Shown here: in pieces, positions 1 through 8,096 of the stretch | Numbering within the stretch: the stretch's first letter is position 1 | How the letters are laid out: each line of letters starts with the position of its first letter | UHGV virus genome: UHGV-0116669 | Length of the DNA: 45,689 nucleotides | Strand: one strand, 5' to 3' | From: a virus | Notes under the pieces: model-generated | Database searches by the model: none | Seen by the model: only the letters and a program-made list of their open reading frames with translations | What the model was told of the DNA's origin: nothing | Position numbers and translations under genes: made by a program

Positions 1-3
1 GTG

Positions 4-35
4 TCCCCTGCATACATCTAACCTGATATGCAGGG
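4..35. repeat. Perfect 10-bp inverted repeat (CCCCTGCATA...TATGCAGGGG) with a 12-nt loop, downstream of the AlpA-like gene
   Basis: Read directly from the sequence; no coding context. Confidence 0.5.
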
Positions 36-86
36 GATTGAAAATAATGATGTTTTTTAAGTGTGAAAAATATTTTACTCGTTACT

Positions 87-287
87 TTACCCATCGGAGC
101 GGGACAGGAGCTTTTCTCTGAACTTGCAGTGGTCACTATATAACCACCTCGCTCTGCCGTGGATGAGTTTGGCTTTGGGGAGATCGCCGGACTTAATCCG
201 GTCGTAAATGAAGGTTTTTCCAAAGCCAGTATCCGCCATGATGAATTTCAGATCAACAAGGCTATCTGGTTGCATCTCATGTTTCAT
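87..287 (-). CDS. alpA: AlpA-family phage transcriptional regulator / excisionase-like DNA-binding protein
   Basis: 66-aa ORF; motif FIMADTGFGKTFIYDRIKSGDLPKAKLIHGRARW is typical of AlpA/Xis-type MerR-like HTH proteins; last gene of the leftward operon. Confidence 0.7.
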   Translation of the reverse strand: MKHEMQPDSLVDLKFIMADTGFGKTFIYDRIKSGDLPKAKLIHGRARWLYSDHCKFREKLLSRSDG

Positions 288-520
288 CTTCCACCTCTCG
301 TTACAGCCAAATGCTTACCACGTTCTTCAAGCTCTTCCTGACAGTCAGCACAGCGCTGGCATCCCGCCACAAGTTCCCGGCGCCGTTCGGGTATCTCTTC
401 CCCACAGTCGCGGCAGTGAGTAGCCGATACCGCCGCATGGTTGATGCGCATGTTCTGGATGGTCATTTCCAGCCGGCGCTCTGCCAGCTCGTTGGCCTGA
501 TCGATGAGTTCTGCGCTCAT
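284..520 (-). CDS. TraR/DksA-family C4 zinc-finger protein
   Basis: 78 aa; CRDCGEEIPERRR...CQRCADC four-Cys finger; 4-bp start/stop overlap with neighbours. Confidence 0.55.
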   Translation of the reverse strand: MSAELIDQANELAERRLEMTIQNMRINHAAVSATHCRDCGEEIPERRRELVAGCQRCADCQEELEERGKHLAVTRGGR

Positions 521-708
521 GCTGCACCGCCTTCGCTTTTTTCCGCTTCAACCGCCATCTGCTCAAGCTTTCGTGAAAGCTCGGCAGACAGCGACTGGAA
601 CTCTTCCTCTGTCGCTACCGGGATCGGCACAAAACGGATGCCGATATGAGCGAGGCCATGCGCAGCCTCAAGGCATTTTCTCAAATCAACGGGAGAGGCT
701 TTGTTCAT
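517..708 (-). CDS. hypothetical phage protein
   Basis: 63-aa ORF, translationally coupled within the leftward operon. Confidence 0.35.
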   Translation of the reverse strand: MNKASPVDLRKCLEAAHGLAHIGIRFVPIPVATEEEFQSLSAELSRKLEQMAVEAEKSEGGAA

Positions 709-1349
709 GCTGCACCCCCTTCAACGCGCTTGAACTCGATAACCCAAACCCAGGGGTTGGCATTCCAACTATCTGAGCCGTAGATTGATGCCCACAGGCG
801 CGCGAACACATCAGCTACACAGTCGCCACTTTTCATGTCGGCGGTACTGCAACCTTCGCGTATCGCATCGCCGTCACTGATACTCTTCAGTCGCTCAACC
901 CGCACGCCGGTGATTTCCAGCAGAATGCGGCTGGCCCAGCGCGGCATGTGGATAGATGGTCGCCAGCAGCAATGCAGTTCATCATCTGCATCGTAAAACT
1001 CTGGCGCTGGCACTCCATCAGCCTTGTAAACGCAGAATTCGGGCTTCTCAAACGGAGTGGGGTCTTTGCAATAGCTATCCATTAGGTCGTAGTCGAACAG
1101 TGGCCCCTGAAACGTCTCACGCACCCAAATGCGGTCGCCTGGCTTTCCATAATGGCAAAAATGAGCAGTGGTGCTGCCATTCTTGTGTCTCAGAGATGAT
1201 TTCCAGCCAATCGCTTCTGGGTTAGGGAAAATGCAACGCTCGATATCGTCTGCTGGTTGTGGTGCCATAATCCGCCTGGTCTGTGTCTTCCGACCGTCGA
1301 GAATGGCCCGCACCATCTCAGCATTAAAAATCATTCCGCGCTCAGTCAT
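705..1349 (-). CDS. ASCH-domain-like protein
   Basis: N-terminal MIFNAEMVRAILDGRKTQTRR matches the ASCH-type fold signature (ILxGRKTxTxR). Confidence 0.45.
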   Translation of the reverse strand: MTERGMIFNAEMVRAILDGRKTQTRRIMAPQPADDIERCIFPNPEAIGWKSSLRHKNGSTTAHFCHYGKPGDRIWVRETFQGPLFDYDLMDSYCKDPTPFEKPEFCVYKADGVPAPEFYDADDELHCCWRPSIHMPRWASRILLEITGVRVERLKSISDGDAIREGCSTADMKSGDCVADVFARLWASIYGSDSWNANPWVWVIEFKRVEGGAA

Positions 1350-1686
1350 TCCAGGCCTCCAGCTCGTTCTCTATTTCGTCGTCTATTTCGTCGTTGGTAG
1401 CGTCTTTGTCCAGGTAGTCACGCGCTTCTTTCAGGTACTGTTCATGGCGCTCCCGATACCATGCCGAAAATTCTGGCGTCCATCCGTTCGGCTCACCGTC
1501 ATAGTCAACTTTGGCGTTACGTTCAGCCATACTCTCGACCATGCTGTAGGCGGTGGTAAGAGCCGCTTCGCGGATATACCCGCGCAGGTCACGCTTGCGC
1601 CAGTAAGGGTTAACTTTTGAATCGCAGAAAGGCTTGAATTCCACTTCCCAGCGACGAATGCAACGCGCGTTTAATGACTTGCTCAT
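1342..1686 (-). CDS. hypothetical phage protein
   Basis: 114-aa ORF in the operon, overlapping its neighbours by a few nt. Confidence 0.4.
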   Translation of the reverse strand: MSKSLNARCIRRWEVEFKPFCDSKVNPYWRKRDLRGYIREAALTTAYSMVESMAERNAKVDYDGEPNGWTPEFSAWYRERHEQYLKEARDYLDKDATNDEIDDEIENELEAWND

Positions 1687-1904
1687 GATTCCACTCCATA
1701 GCGGCCGCTAAGCCGCCCAATAACACTGACAAATTTCACCAGGCTGACACCCATCGGCTTTACCTTCTCGTAGTGCTTGCGAAGGATGGGGGGGCATACA
1801 GCGTTCCACTTCGGTTTAGGCTTTACGCTCATCGCTTTTGTTATCTCTTCTGCGCAGCGACGAGCCTGGGCGCGGAGAGCGTTTTCTTTTTCTTCTGGCG
1901 TCAT
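1683..1904 (-). CDS. hypothetical phage protein
   Basis: 73-aa ORF, 4-bp overlaps on both sides. Confidence 0.35.
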   Translation of the reverse strand: MTPEEKENALRAQARRCAEEITKAMSVKPKPKWNAVCPPILRKHYEKVKPMGVSLVKFVSVIGRLSGRYGVES

Positions 1905-2557
1905 GCTGCCTCCGTCTTCACTACGTCGATGGCGCAGCCGGGTATCAGTTCAACGGAAGAGGTGGCGCATTGGTTCCCCCAGTGGCTCCAGCCTGGCGCT
2001 GCGCTGCGACTGAACAGCTCAATCCGCGGCACGTCGCCGTAGAGCAGCTCCAGGCGGTGGCGAACTTCCCACGGTTTCTCGCTGTGTGCGCCGAGAGGGC
2101 TATAGACCACCTGCTTAATGCCGGCGTGCTTGCGTTCCAGCCCGGCGCCGCGGGTGGCGATCAGCACGTCTTCGGTGTTGGCGCGGGTGTGGTTACCACC
2201 GTTCATGCGTGTCTCGGCATTCAGCAGGTCGAGGAAGTCGTAAAAGTCGGTCACATCTCCCTCTGCCAGAGCCTTGGTAATGCGCAGCTCAGCCAGCTGG
2301 TTCAACTTCACCCAGGTGAAGCCCTTCATCGTGCGCACCGTAAATCCCCAGGCCTCGGCCAGTTCGATCGCCGCCTGGTTGTGGGTGCCGGTGTACCACA
2401 TCGCCAACACAGCGTTATCCGCGGCGAGCTGCCACACCGGGAGCCGCTTCATATCGAGCAAGCTCATGGTGGGGTAGTGATCGACGGCGGCACCGTTGCT
2501 GATCGTGTTCCCGTAAGACCAGGCCGGGTCGGCATAGATAAGTGAGTAGCGGTTCAT
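1901..2557 (-). CDS. MT-A70-family DNA N6-adenine methyltransferase
   Basis: 218 aa; N-terminal YSLIYADPAW (a DPPW-type motif) followed by typical MT-A70 architecture. Confidence 0.7.
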   Translation of the reverse strand: MNRYSLIYADPAWSYGNTISNGAAVDHYPTMSLLDMKRLPVWQLAADNAVLAMWYTGTHNQAAIELAEAWGFTVRTMKGFTWVKLNQLAELRITKALAEGDVTDFYDFLDLLNAETRMNGGNHTRANTEDVLIATRGAGLERKHAGIKQVVYSPLGAHSEKPWEVRHRLELLYGDVPRIELFSRSAAPGWSHWGNQCATSSVELIPGCAIDVVKTEAA

Positions 2558-2988
2558 AGGACTGACTCCATTTCATCGATATAGAGGCCAGATGCGATAA
2601 GCCGGCGGCGCCGGGCCGCTTTATCAATACATTTCTGGCGGTTGCCAGAGGCGGCCTGAGCTATCGAGCGCTTAGTGAACAGGCGAGTTTTACCCTGCGG
2701 GGTAATGACCTTTGGCCTTGTGATCAGGTCAAAGGTGCGATCGCAGATGCCGTCCTCGTTGAGCCAGGTTTCCGATGCGATCAGCTGCGCAATGCGGCCT
2801 TCTCCCTTGGTTATGCCGTTCGCAACGCGGTTAAATTCAATAAGCGTCACGCCGAACTTCTCCGCTATTTCGCTGCCGGTAACAGGGCGGCCGCGCGTCT
2901 GGATCATCCATATCACACGCTCGCGAAGGCCGGAGAATTTCCCTGCTTTTCCGGGCCTGCGGTAAAATGGAGTGCGTTTCATTTCCAC
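2554..2988 (-). CDS. hypothetical protein, possible DNA-binding
   Basis: 144-aa ORF coupled to neighbours; very basic C-terminus. Confidence 0.35.
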   Translation of the reverse strand: MEMKRTPFYRRPGKAGKFSGLRERVIWMIQTRGRPVTGSEIAEKFGVTLIEFNRVANGITKGEGRIAQLIASETWLNEDGICDRTFDLITRPKVITPQGKTRLFTKRSIAQAASGNRQKCIDKAARRRRLIASGLYIDEMESVL

Positions 2989-3659
2989 TGCTCCCCGAAG
3001 GTAAAGCCTATCTCCGCCAGCGATTCATCCATCTTGCTGATGAACTCCGGCACCATTTCGTTGAAGACGCTCATGTATTTGTCGTCTCGCTCAACGACCA
3101 CGTGGTGAATGCCTTCTCGCCTCATGCGAGGGTCATAATTCGCGAAATACCAGGCATCCTTCCCGGTTACCCACATGCTGAATTGCACCTGGGCCATGTA
3201 GGCGGATTTGATAGCCTCGAAGCCGCCAAGCCGGAATTTCATGAAGTCGCGAGAGGTGAAAGGACACTTCAGCTCAAGGCCGCGGCCATCACTGCACAGG
3301 CCGTCTGGTGAGCAGGCGGTGCGCATACCTTCGTCACGGAAAAGGATCGGCGACTCGATTACCTTCACGTCGGTGGTGAACTCAAACAGGGTGCGAGCGT
3401 CGGCCTCATACTGTTTCCCCCAGGCCAGCGCCTTGGCGTTAACTTCCGGTGCCGCGCCGGTGCAAACCTCTGCGAGCAGCGTGTGGAAATAAGACATTTT
3501 CATGTCAGTCCACTTGGTGCCTGATCTCGGCTTCGAAATGACGTTATGGACTTCCGAGGCGGTGATCACGCCCAGGCGTAATCGGTGCCAGGATTCATCA
3601 CCCTGCTCAACGCGGGTAACGTCAATGCCAGTTCGCTCGAGGATAATTTTTGGTGTCAT
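2979..3659 (-). CDS. YqaJ-type viral recombinase exonuclease (lambda Exo-like)
   Basis: 226 aa; position immediately downstream of RecT, with a conserved acidic/Lys catalytic pattern (PDG...ELK). Confidence 0.7.
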   Translation of the reverse strand: MTPKIILERTGIDVTRVEQGDESWHRLRLGVITASEVHNVISKPRSGTKWTDMKMSYFHTLLAEVCTGAAPEVNAKALAWGKQYEADARTLFEFTTDVKVIESPILFRDEGMRTACSPDGLCSDGRGLELKCPFTSRDFMKFRLGGFEAIKSAYMAQVQFSMWVTGKDAWYFANYDPRMRREGIHHVVVERDDKYMSVFNEMVPEFISKMDESLAEIGFTFGEQWK

Positions 3660-4573
3660 GCGGCCGCCTTATTTTTCAGAAATCCGAGTGCCTTAACGGC
3701 CTCTTCTTGAGTCAGATCTGATGATTCACGAATGTCACGGCGAAAAATCTTTGAACACAGAGGGAGCAGGTCGTCATCCCACGTCTTATTCATCGCAATA
3801 AGAACATCGTTAATCTCTTTAATGATCGATGTTTCTGCCGGGGTGATATCGCGTTCAGGCTGGCGCTGAGCGGCAAAGTTGATACCTTCTTCTCCCTCGG
3901 TGTTGACGTGGTCAATAGCGGCATCCAGGCGCTCACGGCGCGGCCAATATTTCGCAGCCTGCTTAACAACGGTCTTAAGGATCATCTGCTCTTCGTCTGT
4001 AACCCAAGGACACTTCTTGCTGTTGTCAGATTTGTATTTCTTCCACGCCTCAGACCGGTCGCGGATTGAGTAGATGGCATCGATGCGCATCGTATGAGTG
4101 AGGTAATCACCATCGTCAGTTTTTACCGTTACATACGCCCCTACGATGTCCCCGCGCTGCTCTTCGGTATCAAAGTCGTTGTAGATGTGGATCGGCGGCT
4201 TATCGAGCCCTTCGCGGCGGAACTGGTCGTTCCGACGAACTATGGCCGACTGGCACCATTTAATGGCGCCAGACTGCTGCGCAATGTGCATCAGACCCAT
4301 GTAACTGATGTCGAGGCAAATAGCCCCTTTACGCGGAACCAGATAAGCCAACTTCTGCGCTGGGTTGAGCGAAATGCCGATAGCCGCAACGTTGATGATC
4401 GCGTTCTGCGTGCTGGTCTGGTTCTGGAATGCAACTTTGGCGAGGTAGTCGTTGTTCTGAAATAGCTGGATGGCGAACTGGCTTTCCTTCGCCCACACCA
4501 TCCGCTCGTCAGTTGCCGCTTTAATGAAAAGCGGCTCCTGTTGTTTGACGAAATCAACAATGGTTAAGCTCAT
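3656..4573 (-). CDS. recT: RecT-family single-strand annealing protein
   Basis: 305 aa with RecT-like central region; paired with the YqaJ exonuclease. Confidence 0.75.
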   Translation of the reverse strand: MSLTIVDFVKQQEPLFIKAATDERMVWAKESQFAIQLFQNNDYLAKVAFQNQTSTQNAIINVAAIGISLNPAQKLAYLVPRKGAICLDISYMGLMHIAQQSGAIKWCQSAIVRRNDQFRREGLDKPPIHIYNDFDTEEQRGDIVGAYVTVKTDDGDYLTHTMRIDAIYSIRDRSEAWKKYKSDNSKKCPWVTDEEQMILKTVVKQAAKYWPRRERLDAAIDHVNTEGEEGINFAAQRQPERDITPAETSIIKEINDVLIAMNKTWDDDLLPLCSKIFRRDIRESSDLTQEEAVKALGFLKNKAAA

Positions 4574-4582
4574 GGAACCTCC

Positions 4583-4867
4583 TTAAAACGGGCAGCCGGT
4601 GCGGTGATCCCAGTCGTATTCCGCCTGGGCGTAAGCTACTGCCGAGATGAAATCGTTATATGCCTCGCCAGCTGCATCGCTGCGGAGGCCTTCGTATGGG
4701 CTTTTGTCCATCGGTACAGAGAAGCGGAACAGGCCTGACGGCTCTTTCGGCAGGGCGTCGATAATTTCCTGCGCCCGATCGTCAATCCACTTCTGCTTCT
4801 CTTCGGTCAGCGTTTGCTCGGCCCACTTACGCTCTTCGATCACGTCGTATGCGCGGTATGCGTTCAT
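4583..4867 (-). CDS. hypothetical phage protein
   Basis: 94-aa ORF in the leftward operon. Confidence 0.4.
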   Translation of the reverse strand: MNAYRAYDVIEERKWAEQTLTEEKQKWIDDRAQEIIDALPKEPSGLFRFSVPMDKSPYEGLRSDAAGEAYNDFISAVAYAQAEYDWDHRTGCPF

Positions 4868-4948
4868 AGCTCGCTCCTGAAATTTGGTTGTAAGAATCCC
4901 CGGCGCGATGAAAGCCGCCTGATAGTTCAGTTAAATTCTTCGTTTCGA

Positions 4949-5155
4949 TTACCGGCTGAGACCTTGTCCCAACCCGTTCAGATAAACTTCAACCAGCAAG
5001 TCGGTTGTGTAAGTCCGCTCAATCCCGCGATGCAGGTACAGGCGGCCGCGTTTATTTGCTGATGCTGTCCAGGTGCTTTCCCGATGCTTAACGAGCATCC
5101 CTGGCAGAACGGCTCCGCGGTTAACGGTCTGTGTCCCGTAATGATGACTAACCAT
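4949..5155 (-). CDS. hypothetical protein (uncertain)
   Basis: 68-aa ORF that fills the gap in the operon; no recognisable motif. Confidence 0.2.
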   Translation of the reverse strand: MVSHHYGTQTVNRGAVLPGMLVKHRESTWTASANKRGRLYLHRGIERTYTTDLLVEVYLNGLGQGLSR

Positions 5156-5258
5156 TGAACACCCCCGTAACGTGCAGAATTTTGATAATCAACGCTGTCC
5201 AGATAACGACGCAGATCAGCAGGCAGTAAATCAGTGAACGAATGCCTTGTTTGCTCAT
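5148..5258 (-). CDS. small hydrophobic membrane peptide (36 aa), kil-like position as first gene after pL
   Basis: Hand translation gives MSKQGIRSLIYCLLICVVIWTALIIKILHVTGVFNG; GGGGTGG SD-like sequence upstream; below the 60-aa track threshold. Confidence 0.35.
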   Translation of the reverse strand: MSKQGIRSLIYCLLICVVIWTALIIKILHVTGVFNG

Positions 5259-5441
5259 TTGCCACCCCAGCACGGATAGCTAACTGCGAGAACAGCAACC
5301 AAAAACGGAACGACCTTTAACCAAAAACTACGCCATGCAGGCTTGTCTTCTTCGCGGATCATCTCTTCACCTTTGCCTTATCGCGGCTAACGGAGCGTTG
5401 TTACCTATTACCGGCGCCAACGTTGTTGTTTGGATGGAGTA

Positions 5442-5470
5442 AATTTAGCGCGATGCTAAATAAATGGCAA
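5442..5470 (-). promoter_or_regulatory. candidate pL: -35 TTGCCA (5465-5470), 17-bp spacer, -10 TAAATT (5442-5447), overlapped by operator OL1
   Basis: Read on the minus strand; spacing and hexamers fit sigma70; the operator palindrome overlaps the spacer and -10. Confidence 0.45.
5443..5461. promoter_or_regulatory. operator OL1, a perfect palindrome ATTTAGC-N5-GCTAAAT
   Basis: 14/14 symmetric bases; the same motif recurs between cI and cro; weaker copies at 5468-5486 and 5501-5519. Confidence 0.55.
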
Positions 5471-5570
5471 TAGCAAAATACTAAATTATCGCTATGTGGT
5501 ATTTAGCGTTTTGATTTACTTAGGGTTTAATTTTTGGATGAAGTGTATTGGGGAGTTTTTAGGCATAAAA

Positions 5571-5590
5571 AAACCCGCCGGAGCGGGTTT
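5571..5590 (-). terminator. rho-independent terminator downstream of cI (bidirectional hairpin AAACCCGC-CGGA-GCGGGTTT with flanking A/T runs)
   Basis: GC stem plus a T-run on the minus strand, just after the cI stop at 5606. Confidence 0.6.
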
Positions 5591-5605
5591 GTTAAAGGGG
5601 TGTTA

Positions 5606-6283
5606 TCATGGAATATTCAATATCTTAGCATCGACTACAACCCCTACAATCCTACAGTTTCCGTTAATTTCAATCATCGGATACTGTGGGTTTAAGGGCT
5701 TCAGGAAGCGCCTTCCAGCATCAATTACTAACTTTTTGAAAGTGGCTTCATTATCGCCTTCCAACTTGGCCACAACCAATTTCCCATTAATAGGCTCTAC
5801 TTCAGGATCAACCAGGATAGCTGCACCTTCAGGAATGCTAAGGCCGACAGGAGATGTCATAGAATCGCCGTGGACATCTAACCAGAAAGAATCGTCAGAG
5901 CATTCGACGGTTGTTTCATACCAGCGGTCAATCGCTCTACGGTGATAAGGCTCCACTGCTTCCATCCACTGTCCGGCACTAACCCAGCTGATCACTGGGT
6001 AGCTCCCCTGAGGGGTATTTACTGATCTGAATGTTACGTTCGTGTGGTTCTCTTTGGCATGTAACGTATCCATCCAGCCGAAAGGCAGATTGAGTGCAGA
6101 TTCAATTCTACGAGCCATTTTATCGCCGATGTTTCTATGAGGTTTATCACCTATCAGCTGACTCAGCGCTGCTGGGCTTGTATCGATAAGCTCTGCAAAT
6201 TGAGCCTTGTTCAGGCCTGCATCTACACGCTGCTGTTCGATCAAGTTCTCCAGATTCGCTTTTCTAATCTCTTTATTTTCCAT
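5606..6283 (-). CDS. cI: cI-like prophage repressor (XRE HTH plus S24 LexA-like autopeptidase domain)
   Basis: Start placed at the in-frame ATG giving MENKEIRKANL...; HTH motif QFAELIDTSPAALSQL; C-terminal GDSM serine and FKKL lysine of the S24 dyad are both present. Confidence 0.75.
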   Translation of the reverse strand: MENKEIRKANLENLIEQQRVDAGLNKAQFAELIDTSPAALSQLIGDKPHRNIGDKMARRIESALNLPFGWMDTLHAKENHTNVTFRSVNTPQGSYPVISWVSAGQWMEAVEPYHRRAIDRWYETTVECSDDSFWLDVHGDSMTSPVGLSIPEGAAILVDPEVEPINGKLVVAKLEGDNEATFKKLVIDAGRRFLKPLNPQYPMIEINGNCRIVGVVVDAKILNIP

Positions 6284-6300
6284 CTGCTCATTTTTGTCAT

Positions 6301-6319
6301 TTTTAGCAGAATGATAAAT
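6301..6319. promoter_or_regulatory. operator OR3-like site TTTTAGC-N5-GATAAAT (12/14 to the palindrome), adjacent to the cI start
   Basis: Matches the ATTTAGC-N5-GCTAAAT consensus; a further candidate site at 6317-6335. Confidence 0.4.
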
Positions 6320-6340
6320 ATGCAAATTGCTAAATCTTTC

Positions 6341-6369
6341 TTGATTAGTATTTAGCATAACGCTAAACT
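6341..6369 (+). promoter_or_regulatory. candidate pR: -35 TTGATT (6341-6346), 17-bp spacer, -10 TAAACT (6364-6369)
   Basis: Hexamers and spacing sit upstream of the cro-like gene; operator OR1 overlaps the spacer and -10. Confidence 0.45.
6350..6368. promoter_or_regulatory. operator OR1, ATTTAGC-ATAAC-GCTAAAC (13/14 palindrome)
   Basis: Same palindrome family as OL1. Confidence 0.55.
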
Positions 6370-6398
6370 CCATTTTAAATAAGTCACGGGGAGGTCCC

Positions 6399-6632
6399 AT
6401 GAGTAATGAACTTTTACGCTGGCGAAAAGATGCCAGCACAGGCGAGTGGGCTCAGTTGGCAAAACTGGCAAACACAACCGTTGGTTATCTGGATCAAATC
6501 GCCTATGGAAACCGTCGGGCATCGCCTGAGAAGGCAGAGGCAATAGAAGAGGCCACCAAAGGGTTTAGCCATTACCAACCAGTATCAAAAGAGAGCCTTG
6601 TTTTTTCACGTCCGCGATGTTCCGCGGCTTAA
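6399..6632 (+). CDS. cro: Cro-like / YdaS-type HTH regulator
   Basis: 77 aa; divergent from cI; strong RBS GGGGAGG; HTH-like EWAQLAKLANTTVGYLDQIAYG. Confidence 0.55.
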   Translation: MSNELLRWRKDASTGEWAQLAKLANTTVGYLDQIAYGNRRASPEKAEAIEEATKGFSHYQPVSKESLVFSRPRCSAA

Positions 6633-6650
6633 CAACAGGAAATATCACAA

Positions 6651-6971
6651 ATGCAAAGCGCAATAGCCCGAAAGTTAGAACCGCCAATCCTCAACCCGAT
6701 TGAGATAGAAGGCATTTTGCTAAACCGCCTTTTATCCATTGGCCAGAAGGTTTTTGCAGAAATGCGGGGGGTGAGCGAGTCAACAATCAGTCGCCGGAAG
6801 AGTGAAGGTTATTACGCCGAAATGGCGAAAGAAATATCAGTGCTGGGCCTGCAGGTTGTTCCACCGGAGGCGGTGGTAGTTTCCCGCCACTACCTGCAGT
6901 CAGTTGAGACGCTTGCTGATATCGGATTACGTGCAGAGCGGTGCCGACCAGGACCGTTGGGATGGGACTAA
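6651..6971 (+). CDS. cII: CII-family transcriptional activator
   Basis: 106 aa; GQKVFAEMRGVSESTISRRK resembles phage CII HTH proteins; sits after cro. Confidence 0.6.
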   Translation: MQSAIARKLEPPILNPIEIEGILLNRLLSIGQKVFAEMRGVSESTISRRKSEGYYAEMAKEISVLGLQVVPPEAVVVSRHYLQSVETLADIGLRAERCRPGPLGWD

Positions 6972-7057
6972 TGAAGGGCAGAAAAGGCGAAAGCCGCAGT
7001 GGGCAAACACTAACGGCTTTCTACGCGAATTAACTGGATCAATTCACAGGAGTAATT

Positions 7058-7204
7058 ATGCCTAAGAGCAACAGATTTTACCAGGCACAAACACACAAAA
7101 ATGTTACCCGCGATCGCTTCATTCGCTCGGTTAACCCGGTGGTTGGCATGAAAATGCGCGCCATCCTGGAAGAGCTGAAACGGAAGGAGGAAGGCCGTGA
7201 GTAA
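7058..7204 (+). CDS. small basic protein (48 aa), translationally coupled to the O-like gene
   Basis: AGGAG RBS 7 nt upstream; MPKSNRFYQAQTHKNVTRDRFIRSVNPVVGMKMRAILEELKRKEEGRE; overlaps the GTG of the next gene (GTGAGTAA). Confidence 0.3.
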   Translation: MPKSNRFYQAQTHKNVTRDRFIRSVNPVVGMKMRAILEELKRKEEGRE

Positions 7205-8096
7205 CGTTCTCCGCATATCCGATTTTAGAGGGTCTCAGAAGCCCATGGAGAAACCTCAGCCATCAGGGCAGGGGTTGGTATTCCTGCACCGTAAAGTAAG
7301 AGAACTGCCGTTCTACAAGACCGACAGTGAAGCCGTCCATCTGTGGATCCATCTCATCATGGAGGTGAATTCAGCTGACGGGATGGTAACCACAGAGTTT
7401 GGTGAGTATCCGGTTTCCCGCGGTCAGGTGATCACCGGGCGACATACCCTGTCGAAAGACACGGGAATAGCACCTGACAGGGTTAAGTACCTGCTGAACA
7501 AGTTCGCGAAAATGGGCATGATCACCACCCTGGCAAACAAGAAATTTACACTCTTAACCGTCACCAAATATGACGATTATCAGCAATTTTTTGTGCCAAC
7601 AGAATGCCAACAAAGTGCCAACGCAAACCCAGTAACCACGCTGCGTACCGGCGAGGTTGTGCCAACAGAATGCCAACAAAGTGCCACAAACAATATATTA
7701 AATAATATCTCTTCTACTGACGTAGAAGAGAGTGCATCAGCGTCACCAAAATCCGAACCTAAAAAACAGTCTCTCAGCTGTGAGCAGGTTGTCGAAGTTT
7801 ATCACCAGGTGTTACCGGAGGCGCAGGGCATCAGGGTCCTTACTGATAAACGCCGCAACCTGATCCGCTCGTTCTGGCAGAAAGCCAACAAAATTACCCG
7901 TCAGCTTGATGGTCACAGCTTTACCCTGGCCGACTGGGAGTCTTACCTGAGCTACATCGCCAGTAACTGCCGCTGGATGCTTGAGAATCGCCCTGATCAG
8001 CGCACCGGTAAAACTTGGCGCCGCAAGTCGCTGGAATACTTCCTGAACGTCGATGTCTACGCCAAAACGCGCGAGGGGGCCTGTGATGACCTCTGA
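7197..8096 (+). CDS. replication initiator, O-like (N-terminal HTH, C-terminal conserved phage replication domain), with ori iterons inside the gene
   Basis: GTG start with AAGGAGG RBS; internal VPTECQQSA x2 repeat in the protein; C-terminus resembles conserved phage replication-protein C-terminal domains. Confidence 0.65.
   Translation: MSNVLRISDFRGSQKPMEKPQPSGQGLVFLHRKVRELPFYKTDSEAVHLWIHLIMEVNSADGMVTTEFGEYPVSRGQVITGRHTLSKDTGIAPDRVKYLLNKFAKMGMITTLANKKFTLLTVTKYDDYQQFFVPTECQQSANANPVTTLRTGEVVPTECQQSATNNILNNISSTDVEESASASPKSEPKKQSLSCEQVVEVYHQVLPEAQGIRVLTDKRRNLIRSFWQKANKITRQLDGHSFTLADWESYLSYIASNCRWMLENRPDQRTGKTWRRKSLEYFLNVDVYAKTREGACDDL
7593..7715. repeat. putative replication origin: six TGCCAAC(A/G)NAA iterons in two 28-bp direct repeats (7593-7620 and 7659-7686), followed by an AT-rich element (7688-7712)
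   Basis: Perfect 28-bp direct repeat with an internal 11-bp periodicity, then AACAATATATTAAATAATAT; same arrangement as ori-lambda inside O. Confidence 0.55.

Noticed and set aside
1168-2545. Plus-strand ORFs (1168-1620, 1838-2545 and others) opposite the leftward early operon
   Set aside because: They are antisense to a tightly coupled minus-strand operon, with no RBS or motifs.
7010-7216. 68-aa minus-strand ORF between cII and the O-like gene
   Set aside because: It is opposite to the direction of the pR operon. The plus strand here carries a 48-aa ORF with a good AGGAG RBS that is translationally coupled to the O-like gene, which is more plausible.
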